From: Gonapodya sp. JEL0774
Taxonomy: Eukaryota
Direction: 5' to 3'
Assembly (NCBI GenBank): GCA_027604505.1
Contig: JADIIX010000138.1
Span: 1-59,964 of the forward strand
DNA length: 59,964 bases
Both the position numbers and the translations under genes were made by a program. This document shows, piece by piece, positions 25,897 through 38,582 of the stretch (positions within the stretch are counted from its first letter, which is position 1; each line of letters opens with the position of its first letter). Below the pieces are notes generated by a model. It was not told the origin of the DNA, searched no databases, and saw nothing but the letters and a program-made list of their open reading frames with translations.

Positions 25897-28800
25897 CTAT
25901 GTCACAAGGTCTTGCATCTCCCTGATGTACCCACTCATCCTCGCCTTCAGAGGCGCCACTCTTCTCACCAAGACAGGCATCAACTCTGCCCCGAACTCCA
26001 GTTTTGCCCCTGCAGCAAGCTGATCGGCGTCAATTTCCGTGTCCATGTCACCGTGCAAGTCTTCTCCGACAGAATCACTCTCGTTACCGTGACTCTCTCG
26101 GAAATCCACTGCACTCTCATTTTGATTCGAGGCAGCGGGTGCTAAAGCCACCGAGCAACCTCGTGGTCGGCCAGCGAGACCTCCGGTTGTTGCCGTCTCC
26201 ACACCCAGATCGGCATCCCAATCGGACACCTCGCTGGACGCACCAGTAGACGCCACCCTGGCGCGCACTGTATGTACAGATGTTTCCGACATGGTGCGAG
26301 CATTAGGCGGTTGGTTCGTAGAAAGTTTGGTTCCGCTAGTGTCGAATGAGGCCTCGGCCTCGGCCTGAACGATGTTCGAATGGGAGACAACCATAGCGCG
26401 AATCTCTTCCGGCGTGGCTGCAGACACATCTTTGCCAGAGTCGGGAGGGCGGTCGGTAGAAAACGCAGTTTTGGAGGTACCAGCTGAGACAGCAGCGGTT
26501 GCGATGGTGGGACGCGGTGATGGACCGAGAGCGGGTAGTTTTGCCAAAGTCAGAGAGTCGGCTGGTTTCATTTCGAGGTCCCAATCTTCTTCCTCCTCCT
26601 CCAAGTCGTTTCCCATGATCGATTCCCTCGGACCCTGAACTTGCCCCACCATACCCGCGGATCCTCCAACTCCGTTGAGCCTCCCCTTCTCCCTCCTTGC
26701 TTCCTCAAGTATCCCTCTCACCACTTCCACTTGTCTCCTCCGTTCCGCACCACTCGTACTTTTACCGTGACCTCTCGTTCGCTCCTTTTCATGCTCCCCT
26801 TCTGCCAACTCGGCCAGGTCAATGATTGCACCGGCCTCAGTCATGTCACGTTCCAAAGCCTCCAGCAGAGCGACAGGAGCAGTGGTCGATGGAAGGCGGG
26901 CGTGGTGAGCGTGTGGGGTAACAGAGACGGCGGCGGTAGAAGAAGTGGATCGTGCGTGCCGGGGAGTGTGGGCGGTAGAGCTGGAAGGAGTGGGAGGTGT
27001 GGACGCAGGAAGAGAGGCAAAAGACTTGTGGAGGAGGAGAGCAGAGCGGTAGAGGAGTTTGAGATCTGGTGTGTCAAGTGAGCGTGGTTGAAAATAAATT
27101 AACTTCTTCATCACACTTGGTGCCGACAGAATGGATTGTCGTACCTTCAACCTGCATTGCGAACCTCCTCACCAACTCCCCCTGCTCTCTTGTTCTCTCC
27201 ATACTTTCAGCCACATTTTTGGGGATCTTTAAAGCAAATCCTCCGGTGCCTCCTTGTCCAGCAGCTGGACTGGTAGTATCCCCCCCGACACAACCATCAG
27301 CCTCGCGTGCCTCGGCCGATACAGGAGAACGCGGGGTCGTGGGCGAAAACCAGTCGTCCCAACTTTCTGACGGACGGAACGGGTCTCGATCTCGGCCACG
27401 TGCAGCAGACGTTGGAGGATTAGGAGAAGCAGGCGAGCGGCCGCGAATAGGTGGTGCTGAGTGACTGGTTCGTGAGATGCGAGGTGATCGGCTACTGAGG
27501 ATCGAGTTGGGAGACGAAGCGCCAACAATGATTGGGAGTGCAGGAACGCGAGTGAAAGGTGATACGATTTCCGGCTGCCCGGCTGGAGTAAATCCTTCTT
27601 TTGTATCGCTAGGAGGATTTGAAGTCAGCGGGGGGTGGTTTGCAGATGGTGATGCTGGTGTTGGTGGGAACGTGGGAGAAGCAGGAGCATCGAGGGCTGG
27701 TCCGGGGGATCCCTCCGGTGGACAAGCACCCCTCTCTAAGGCAGCTGCATGACTCGTCTGAGGCATGCCCCCGCCAGCACCAGCGTCACCGCTGTAATTT
27801 CCCAAAGCTCCATGATTATCACCTTGTGACACCACACGTTCGATTCGCTCAATCCTGGCGTCGGCGCCCAGATCATTCAGTGAAGGCTCAGATATCTGAG
27901 CGATATCTTGTGGTTGCGAATGTTCCAGCGGAGGGGCACTATCCGGTGGTGACGGCGCATGGAACACTGGCGGAGGACGAGGCGGCCGGATAGTGCGGGG
28001 TGGGGAAACCGACCGAATGTGCGCCTGCGGGGATTGCTTACGCACCCCGTCTTTCATTCTGGCGATTGAAGGCGACACGCTAGGGGATCCAGCCCCACTA
28101 TCATTATTTGGTTGCGCACTGATCCCGGAGGGGTTTGAAGTGGAAGTCGACCCGGAGCCAGCACCTGAGCCGATGCTCAAGCTGCCCCACTTCTTTCCCT
28201 TGCCTATTGCTAGATCCGTTACCGGTGCGAACCAACTATGTCTCCTCGTGCGGTCTGCTTGAGCTTGGGGAGTGCCAGATGTTCCACTCGCGGAGGTTGA
28301 GCTTGAAGGGGGCACTCCTTCCGTAGAGCCATGCCCCTGACTAAATCGATTCGGTAAAGGTGGTAGAAATCGCTGCGAGGCGTAGCGGTCAGCCGTCCGG
28401 TGAGGTGGTAGGGAAGGCGACGGGAAGAGTGATTCGTCGGATGCCGTGGCAGTGGCAGTGCGTCGGTAGAGAGGAGGACGGTTCGCAGGAGAGGCGGAAG
28501 AAGAGGAGACTGGGAGCATGTCGACAGAACGCGCAGGAGGGAGTTGTCGGTAAGATTTTTCGGGGTAAGGGTCAGAGATCCGGTTTTGGGTTGCGGAGAG
28601 AGTGGTCCCAGGTGAGCGCAAACTGCTGGATGGAGTGGACACATGCTCTTCCGATATGGTGAGTTGGAGGGCGGTGGTGCCACAGAACAACAAGAAGTTG
28701 TTGCGAGAAGGATGGGTCACGTTCACGGCGAGGGAAGAAGCTCATCACTGTCCATACGACCAGCTCTTACCTCCAATCTTAGCTACAGCTTCAGCTCCTC

Positions 28801-29106
28801 GTCCGTCTGATTGAGGAAACCACGAGGAAGCGCGTCCAACAAACATGGACTAAGTGAAGAGGAGGGGTGTATTGGAAATGAACAGGCGAGCAAGAGCACA
28901 AACACACCAGCGCCGTGGATACAATATAATGTTGTTGCTGAGATAGACTTGAGAACGCGGTTCTAAATGCATGGACTCACCCAACGGGACCTCCGTCGCT
29001 GACCCGCAGCCGCCGACCCTGGAGTTCCAGGCCCTTCCGTGCTTCCATCCACGCTTTCACGACTTGAGTTTTGATTACGAGAGGTTCTTCGTCCGGTATC
29101 TGCCAT
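25897..29106 (-). CDS. Hypothetical Pro/Ser-rich disordered protein with coiled-coil-like segments
   Basis: Long ORFs 27074-28726 and 25897-27150 plus small 5' exons (ATG 29106 with donor near 28980; exon about 28791-28826 region); no family recognised. Confidence 0.65.
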
Positions 29107-29787
29107 TTCTTGCTGTCGCTCAGACGGAAGAGTAGTTTTGGCAGGAGTCTTTCGCGCGACAGAAAACAATATGAGCACAACCCCACAGTCTCCTGCGCGT
29201 ATGCAATTATTGAGCGAGGAGAGTATCTTGTTGCTCAGATTAAATCACCGGACCTTCGCCAGTAATCTTTCTGGGGTTAAGCGTGATGAGTGCTGGTGCT
29301 CCCCTTCTTCACCAGAGTGCCAAACTACCGCTATTACTTCACGTTTACCGAAATTCACAGCGCAACCAACAAACAACATATTTTCTTTGCTCAGTTGAAC
29401 AAATCAAGTATCGTGCCTTGTACAGCTCCTCGTCCGAAATGTTGCACGAAAGACCTGACTCACCAAGATGTGCAACCGGCATAGAATTTGATAGTCACGT
29501 TCGTCGTGAGCTGCAATATGGTGAGAAATAAGGAGTGCCGAAGAGAGGAAGACCAGGAACAAGGATATGTAGTTGATCTCGCTTGATCAACGTGCAAAAC
29601 AGCTTCGTTGAGCTCAACTTATAAATACATATGTGAGCGTGCATATATGCTCATCTCATTCACTGCCAGCATGATATGGGATGGTTCTGTGGGAACTGCC
29701 TGCTGGCGAAGCGGCACCTGCGGCCTTGTCCGTCGGGTGCCAATGGAAATCTCACTCCGCGAAACATAGGAGGAACCCAGAAAAAAC

Positions 29788-30411
29788 ATGTCCGACCTCG
29801 CTCCTCCATCGTGGATTCGTGTTTGGTTTAGCATCGCCACTCCTTTGGCAGTCTGGGACACGTTGTTCCTGCTGCTCCGCCCTTACACATATTCCGGTCA
29901 TTTTCTCGGAGATACCCTGTATGAGCCGTACAACTCCATCTACACCGTGATGGACAAGTCTTACAGGCGGTCCGTGTACGAAGCTGGTGGTGCAGCCAAC
30001 GGATTCGTCACCTCCGTTGCTCTTTCCCAATGGTTAACCGATATTCCACTTCAACTGCTTGCTCTGCGCATGTGGAGATCATCCAATCCAGCCGTGGTAG
30101 CTAGAGGAAGTTTACTGGCGCTCATCTCTCAGATGGGCTGCTTTGTTCGGACCGGACTCTTTCTCGGCCTAGAATTGTTTGGAGATTTTGAGAACACGAA
30201 ACACGGGAAGACGTGGATGAAGCTGACATACTTCACGTTCAATGGCGAGTCGTAGTATATTGAGTTCGAGTGCTTACACTAGGCGTTGATTCTCATCAGA
30301 ACTCTTGTTTTCTTCGTCACAGGTGCATGGTTGCTTGCGTCGCTAGCTGTCGTGTTGCACTTCTATCCGCGAATCGATGCGTATTTGGCAAGAAAACCCA
30401 CCTCCAAATGA
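29788..30411 (+). CDS. Small multi-pass membrane protein, EXPERA/emopamil-binding-like fungal family
   Basis: W..IATPLAVWD..FLLLRP...YEPY..Y..MD..Y...NGF pattern; GC-AG intron 30245-30322 restores FN|GAWLL; stop 30409-30411. Confidence 0.7.
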
Positions 30412-30571
30412 GAGTATGAGCTAATTGCTGTGAGGAAGTGTCTCACATTCTCCCCATAATTATATTATTGAACACTGGACGTAACTATACAAACTCCAAT
30501 TCGTGCAAATTCCGGCACTCTCACTGTACAGTCCAATAACGAGAATCTCTGTCAATGAAACACACTCATGC

Positions 30572-32708
30572 TCAAGGCAGGAAGTAGAAAGCGATCGCCA
30601 CTACAAGATATGCCCCGAGCAACAACACTCCCTCCAACCAATTGGACTTCCCATCAGTAATGAGAGCGTTGACTGCCGTTGCATGCGAGTGCAAGCCGTG
30701 TCAATCTCCAATCGGTGGTACTGAGTACAACGGACTTACCGATGAAGACGGAGACAAAAGAGACGGCGACTTCAAACACGGTAAAGTCCAAATTTAAAGG
30801 TATCTGTGCGACGTACAAGAAATCTTTAGCATCAAAATACGTAGTTACGCTACTGTGGGCCGGTCACACTTACGTTGATGCACCACGCTATGAGAACAAG
30901 TAGTGGCGCGACAAACAGAGCAATTTGTAGCGAAGATCCAATAGCCACTCCGATCGCCAAGTCCATTTTGTCCTACGTATTTCAAAGGATTGCATAAGAA
31001 ACTTCCACCGTTCAACTGAGTACCCAGACTTACCTTCATTGCAACTGTCACAGCGGTCAGGTGTTCCGCGGCGTTACCCACGATCTACGAATTCAACGGC
31101 AGCACACATTAACGAATCCCGTGAGATGCAGCCAGCAGCCTTTGTGAATCATCAGACACTCACAGGCAACAGCACCAGGCCGATAAAACTCTCGGTCAAT
31201 CCCCACTGCTTGCTGAGACCTTCAATCGATCCCACAAGTGCCTCAGCACACAGTGCAACAAAAACAGTGCTTATGAGAAGCTGAAGAGAATATAGACGTG
31301 GGTTATCACAATGCTGATGATGCGCTCAATCGTAGGAACATCAACCCACCAAGACAACGGAGACTGGCATAGTAAGCTGATTGTGCTCCTCGTCTTCACC
31401 TGCATCGGCCTCTGCAACGCTCATAAAAACATCGGAGTGGGTTTTGAGTTGGAACCACAGGTAACAGCCATATATGACTAATAGGACGATCGAAGCCCCC
31501 CGAGACATGTTCAAAACTTTGCTATCTGCATCGTCATTGCTTTCTGCTTTCAGTTGATAGAAGAAAGCGGCCTTAATGTATTTAGAAAGAAGTATTGGTC
31601 AGTGGGAAGAAGTTCATAGCCGTCCTCTTCCTCCCCAATAATCACAGGAAGCAAGAAAACCAGGCTTGTTACAGTGAGAAGACTTGCGCTAGTGGAGGCG
31701 ATTTCCTTGTTAAATTTTTGTTCGTGGTATTTCCTGCCACCGAAGAAGAAGCAAAATCCCATCACGAGCAACAGATTGGACAAAATGGAGCCTATAATGG
31801 ACGCTTGAACCACACGCAGAAGGCTGTCCTTGACGGCAAGAATGCCAATAATCTGAAGGAGGCAGCAGTGACTCTCATTGTGTCCACGCGACCTTCGAGT
31901 TTCTCACGATCAACACACCAGTTCCACCGCATTCCCGAAACTCGCGTTGAGGAGGCCACCGATGGTCTGATTGGTGCGGAGTGCCAGCTCCTCAGTAGCG
32001 AATCCGAGAAGTTTCGCCAGTGGGACAATGGCAGCGAAGTTGACAAAGAACACTGCGATGTCACTGACTCCGATGTATTTGAAGGCGATGCCGAGGGGTA
32101 CTTAAGAACACGATGTACCAAAAGGTATTCAATAGAAATGAACAGTGCAGACCCCTCAAGTTTTTGATGCGATAACAAGCTGTCATAGGAGAAACATACC
32201 GCAAATAAGCAGCACGTTCACTTACAGGGCACGAGAGAATCAGCCCCGCATCATGAGACAAATAAAAATACTCTCTCAACACTTACACCAGCTAGAAAAC
32301 GCAATCTTCCTGAAACTCGAGGCATGTGTTGGTTCCTGAATTGGATGTTGGGAAGAGTGGTTGGCTGTCTGTCTGACTTCCCAGTAATCGCGACAGATAC
32401 TGCTCAAGGGTCCTCCAGTCGAACAGTCCATGCCCACGTGACGTGCCGACACGAGAATGGGCGGGAGATTCACCGAGTTGAGTGGGTCGAGGCAGCTCCA
32501 GCCATCCTCGATTCCGGGATCAAATCACCCCCCTCCTGATCCCCGATCACATGCAACTAACGGTATGAGGAGCTTTCTTCTCGGGTACTGGTGGAGATGT
32601 GTCCCCTTTATCGTTTCCGGCGGGATCGATAACTAGAACGCGAGTTTCGATGGCGGCAGGAGAGACACGATCTTCCGCGAGTGTGGTGGTAACGGAGAGC
32701 GTGGACAT
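30572..32708 (-). CDS. VCX1: Ca2+/H+ antiporter (CAX family)
   Basis: [62 protein letters not shown]...AFYFLP*. Confidence 0.93.
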
Positions 32709-32967
32709 GACAATAGAACAATGTAGAGGGTAAGCCGGGCAACTTGATGGTGACTTCCCCACAAATTCGAAATGAAAACGGTGAGGCGGGGTCCCTCCGC
32801 TGCCTCAGCAGGACCTTCCCGGAACGGAAATCGAAGCATAAAAAGCCAAGCAAAGGGTCCCACCATGCAAACTTTCCAACATAAAAATGAAGACCTCAAT
32901 GCTTTTCCAAAAAATGATAGTTGTTCTGTTCACGCAATTCCTATGTACAATACGTCTGCACTCATTC

Positions 32968-34221
32968 TCACTCCAGCGCCATGTACCAGTCGGACTTCAC
33001 CACCTTCTCTGTTGTCGGGTCAATCTAAGTGAGTCGCAACGTTGAATGAGTGAGGAACAAGTCCGATGTGATCGGGCGCCGATAAATTCACTTCGGCTAA
33101 ACCCGGGTTCCAAGCTCACCTCGAACCAAAGATAGTCATGCTTCGCCCTCCACTCGTAAATCATGTAGAAATGCGCACCTGATGCACTCCCGAAAGCTCC
33201 GGGTCCTGGTCCAGCGGAACCGTGCATGACAGGTCCGGGCATGGTCGGAACCGCAGCACCAGTGCCAGAGATATGAATACCAGGTAAAGTGGGTGTCACA
33301 TCGTCTGGCTTGCCCATAGCCTGCGTGATGAGTGACGCGGCAGTTCCAGGTGTACCTGAGAGGAGTTGCGAATCGAAGATGTTGTATGCGAGAGCGCGAA
33401 TCCGTGTTCCAGCCTCACGTACCAAGCATGGAATGAAGTTTCTTCATGGTCTCATGCTTCTTGCCTTGAAATCCGTCAACTGAGGTGGCATTCCGAAGAA
33501 AAAGATGTGAAATACGTGATTTGGAGTAGAACCCGTCCAATCCAAAAAGAACAACAGAGGCCGATTTGCTACCCATTCATGTAAACAACTTTCAATGATA
33601 TTGGCGTTTCGAGGCAGTCCATGGTGTCTGATGCCACTCTTACGTCATCTCTCGGCGCTCCACGTTCGGATCCCACGAACTACTGCCCTTCCACCGGTAC
33701 TCACCATCTGCATTGAACTCTCCACCCTTCCAGTGTCCATGAACGGTTCGAAGTGTGGAAAATTCCTGGCCAAGTGCCTGGAGCTCTTGAGTGTTGATGC
33801 TAGCCATTGGACTAAAACAGGGTGACGGAAGCAAGCATTTAGCACCGCAAATGAGGAGTATAGAGAGGGCCAAGGTGGATTGCGTAAGGTAGATTGCGTT
33901 AGCTAGATGTTTCGTGCAAAGCACCTTCTGTCCCCACCTCCGAGCTCAGGTACGGTTTCTTACAGAAGAGCCCAGAGTCTCTTGAGTAGAAAGGATGGCG
34001 CGACACACCCACAGTTTCTACGATCTGTTATTTGTCGTAACTCACAAGTTTTGCTGGGACTCGGGTCTCGTAGACTTGAGCGAAAAAGTGTTGGAAACGT
34101 CTCGGAGACTGTCGCGTTTCGAGAGGGTCAGGGCGAGAGCGATGACGCCGATGAGAGCAAGGGCGGTGAAAAGGTTGCGGCGAGATGAAGTTGTAGCAGA
34201 CTGTGCGGCCTTTCCGGGCAT
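32968..34221 (-). CDS. Small conserved-looking hypothetical protein, possibly with an N-terminal signal anchor
   Basis: Core MASINTQELQALGQEFSTLRTVHGHWKGGEFNAD|VDGFQGKKHETMKKL...MGKPDD...YEWRAKHDYLWFE|IDPTTEKVVKSDWYMALE* (ATG 33807). Hydrophobic upstream exon 34221-34046 joins in frame via intron 34045-33812 (less certain). Confidence 0.65.
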
Positions 34222-34628
34222 TCTGTGTAACGGCAGATGTGTGGGCTGCACGTGACCAAAGCTTGAGATGAACGGTTACGCAGTCATAATTATCTGAGCC
34301 ATATTGTATATGTATAATTCTTCTTCCTAGTTATCGAAACAAGTGCCAGACTTATCGGCGCGACTTGAACAAATTTGGTGAATTGAAATAGAACCCCATA
34401 GCACAATGCTGGGAACTTCGGTCGGGAAAAACGGAGACTGATTGCAAACACGACACGAGCCTGGCAACATACGATAATCACCCTCTACGCGCGCTTGTGT
34501 CTTGGTTTGCCAAAGCTCGCAACCACTTTTACGACCGCCACCGTGGGGAGTACGAACTCCTCTCACTTAAAGGGTCAACTCCAAGAACTTCGGATCACAT
34601 CGAAGTTTTCGCGGAATCGGCACCACCG

Positions 34629-37600
34629 ATGAAGTAGTGAGTGTGATGTGGCGGAGCGTGTTGCTAGAGGCTGTGTTCTGCGACACTGGCGACGGTTTGG
34701 GGTCAAAGGCACCTTCTCGACAATGACTTGATGGCCAAGTCGGCCGGGTATCGCACCCCGCTTTTCAGCTGGATTGCCCGTCTTCTTGTTGTGGCGTTAA
34801 TTGGCGCTGTTTCTACGGATAGCACCCATTCGCTTCAACTGAACGCAGTACCGGAATGGCGCGAGTTCTATCTGGATTATGAGAAACTCAAGAAACTCAT
34901 CTACAGACTTGAAAAAGGTTGGTCATCACTTGAACCCATGTGAAGGTGGAATCCTCTGTTCGCACCTTCGTATCCCATCGAAACGGGGTTCTTCCAACTG
35001 AATTCCACACCTGGGGTTCAAAGCATGCAGCAACCTAAGAATTACTTTTAACTCCGGCCCACACTAATCTAGGAATTCCGTCGGGCGATTTTCCTCAACT
35101 GAACGAATTGTCGTCCTCATCGGAGCCTCCAGTTCCAATACTCGATGAACGATTTCCAGCGAACGCCCCTTCTCCTCATACTTCCATTCCCGTTGGCACT
35201 AGTCAATTCTTTGATGGCTCTAAAGGTGCAGAAGCAGACGCTATCTTCGTTCATGGACTCGACAAGGAGCTCGATAGGGTTGTCCACTTTTACATTAAGC
35301 AAGAAGGAGTTCTCATCACTGATTTGGAGCAACTTTTATTTGAATTCAGCAAAGTTGATGATCGACCAACACTGGCAGACCTCCGGAGGCGGCGTAGCGT
35401 CGTGTCCAGGACTCATTCACATGCTCTTCACACGTCCCCGGACTCTCTTGCCGCTGTGAGTCCAACGGAACATTTGCAAGAATCTATGTCTCTACACCCT
35501 AGTGCGTCCACAGGAGGTGTTTTACAAGACTCAATGGCATCATCGACTGTCCTGAATGGTGAAGTGCTTACAGCGTCGACAAAGACGAGCCCCGTCACTC
35601 AGGCAAAATCTCCAGTGTCCTGGAGCGGAGAAACTCGGGGTGGTCTCACTCGAAGCACCACCATGCCCTCACAAGTCAAACCTTTGACTTCGAAGCAGCC
35701 CCCTTTCCCTTCAACTCGTCGCGAAAGCCGTCGAAGTCTTGACTCTGAGGACTCGGACGATCTTGAGCATGAGTTTGCAGAATTGTCTGATGAATTATAC
35801 GATGCCGGAGAGGGCGAGACAAGCTCATTACTTCCCCCAGCTGAGCCTCGGAGAGCGTCATGGGCCCCAGCGTCGCGCACAAAATCGTTAGGAGATATTT
35901 CCCCCGGCCGTACACGACTGGGGCGACGACAGCGCATGAGTTCGTCTGGGAACATCAAAGTGGACTTGTACGAGAAAGACATTAAGGGGAAAGGGGGCTT
36001 GGTACAACGCATGGTCAATCTGTTTGTTCTGCTGTCCGAATTCGAGTGAGTTCTCGCGATTTCGTACAATAGTAGAGCGTACACTTTTGGATGAAACACG
36101 TGAAGCATCGCGTTTCCAGGGAATACGCGGAGATGAACAAAACGGGCTTTACCAAGATACTCAAGAAATACGACAAGGTCAACAAGCGGACTCTGAAGCC
36201 GATTTATCTGTCCGAGAAGATTAACACGTCCTATCCGTGGCTTCCTTCCTCTGTCGATCGTCTGACGTCTGCCTTAGAAAGGCTTTCACAAGCATACGCT
36301 GCAATTGAGCTTGGAGGCGAAGAACATGCGGTGCGGGCGCAGGCATTGCTCCGTGAAAATCTCCGGGAGCGCCTTGTGTGGGAACGGAACACCATCTGGA
36401 GGGACATGATCGAGCAAGAGCGAAAGGCTGCTGCAGTGAAAGTGTCCAAGCGCAAGGTCAAAGAAACAGAGGCAGACGCACTGGGCATCAGCACCGGTGC
36501 TGTGCGGCTCCGGCTCTGCGGGATTTCGCTTTGTGAGGTTTCTCTTCCAACCCTCAATTGGGCTCCGGTGTTGGTTCTGGTTTCGACGGTAGTCTTGGCT
36601 TTGCTTGTGGGTGGATGGCTATCTGTTGTCGACGGTGTGGAGGCCAACAATTGCTTGGGGCTAGTCATTTTTGCGAGCGTTTTGTGGGCGACAGAGGTGC
36701 GTTGTTGGGAAACCGCAATACGCATTGGAAAGTGCTGGTGTAAGCGAATGTGATTGACGAAACCGATCATGTCACTGCCAGGCGATCCCCCTCTTTGTTA
36801 CTGCCTTGCTCGTTCCAGCACTCGTCGTAATGCTTGGCGTCCTCCGGGTCTTCATTCCGGATCCTCACACCACGCTTGATTATCCCGGCGACGACCGTGT
36901 GCATTTGCTCACAACACGTTCATCGATCCAACAGCGCTATCTCAGTACTTCCTTCAACGGAACATTGCCGTCCGGTACTTGGTACCGTCTCCCAGCTGAT
37001 CAATCGTCCAAGAAAGTGTTCAGCGACATGTTCTCCCCCACCATAATGTTGTTGCTTGGTGGCTTTGCGCTAGCCGCAGCTCTTTCCAAGCATGGTCTCG
37101 CCAAAATGCTAGCTTCTTGGGTTTTGAGGAAGGCTGGCACCAGGCCGAGCAGAGTTGTTTTGGCGGTGATGATTGTTTCAGGTTTTCTGAGTATGTGGAT
37201 CAGCAACGTGGCCGCACCTGTTTTGTGCTTCGGCTTGATTCAAGTGAGCTCTTCGGACTTAAATATTCGATAGCTCTTGATTCTCAATCAATCGGGCTTG
37301 TTAGCCTATTCTGCGGACTCTCCCTTCCAAGAGTGCATATGCCAAGGCTCTTATTGTCGGAATTGCGCTGGCTGGTAATGTCGGTGGCATGTCCACACCT
37401 ATTTCCTCCCCTCAAAACATTGTGGCGATTGCTAACATGCGACCAGCACCGACGTGGCCGGAATGGCTGATGGTTTCCTTGCCCGTTTGCATGGTCGCCA
37501 CCATTCTGATATGGTTCTATATTCGACTCCTCTTCCGTCCTGATGAAGCAGGCCGTAATTTCGCTGCACCGCCAGAGATATACCACAAGCAAGCTGAGCA

Positions 37601-38243
37601 CCTTGATGGGACCCAGTGGTTTGTGGCGATCGTGACACTTGGAACGATCGCACTCTGGTGTGCGGAGTCGCAATTGGAGCACATCTTTGGGGACATGGGT
37701 GTAATCGCTATATTCCCCCTAGTTCTATTTTTTGGAACAGGCGTGCTCACTAAGGAAGATTTTAACAATTTCTTGTGGACAGTTATCATACTGGCCATGG
37801 GTGGGATCGCGCTAGGCAAAAGCGTGGACTCTTCGGGACTCCTGACGCAGATAACAGCGATTGTGGCCCCGAAGCTGGCCCATTTCGACCCTTGGACGTG
37901 CACAGTGATCTTCTCTGTCATTGTCCTTGTTACCACAACGTTCATATCTCACACCGTTGGCGCTCTGATTATTTTACCAGTCGTTGCAGAAATGGGAGCC
38001 TCTCTGCCCGATCCACATCCCCGTCTCATGGTAATGTCTATGGCCATGGTGTGCTCCGCCGCGATGGGATTGCCAGTCTCGAGTTTCCCCAACATGAATG
38101 CAGTATCTCTGGAAGATGGGTTTGGGGTGCCGTGGGTGGATGTAAAGGACTTTTTGATCGCGGGACTGCCTTCCAGTGTTATTGCGTGGAGTTCGGTGAT
38201 GACACTTGGTTATGCTGTTCAATATTGGGGTTTGCACTACTGA
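34629..38243 (+). CDS. PHO91: SPX-domain low-affinity phosphate transporter (Pho87/Pho90/Pho91 family)
   Basis: 8-nt first coding exon gives MKY|THSLQLNAVPEWREFYLDYEKLKKLIY; MNKTGFTKILKKYDK; VWERNTIWRDMI; LWATE|AIPLFVT; SMWISNVAAP; GGMSTPISSPQN; MGLPVSSFPNMNA. Exact paralog assignment uncertain. Confidence 0.92.
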
Positions 38244-38582
38244 ACGATGCATAATATGGTGCGGAAAGGGACATCACTGTGAGCCCATAAGAGGCTTCCA
38301 CTCGATAATATTATCATATTTGCAACTTGAAGTCCGGCTTGTATTGAGGCCCATTTTCGAGTAAAATTTGTTGGGGTGATGTTTGGTGATGGGAACCAAC
38401 CTTTTGGTCGTTGTGCTGCTGTGCAATCCGTCGGCATAGACGCACCCGTGACGGTACGCCGCGTATGTCTCACTCCATGTCTGGCCCGGCCTCGCCCCCA
38501 ACGCTGCTGCAACTTCTTCCAGGCGAAGTCTTGCTGCTGTATTCAGACCGTGCGCAGGTGCTTTTGTGATTGAAGAAAGGAA

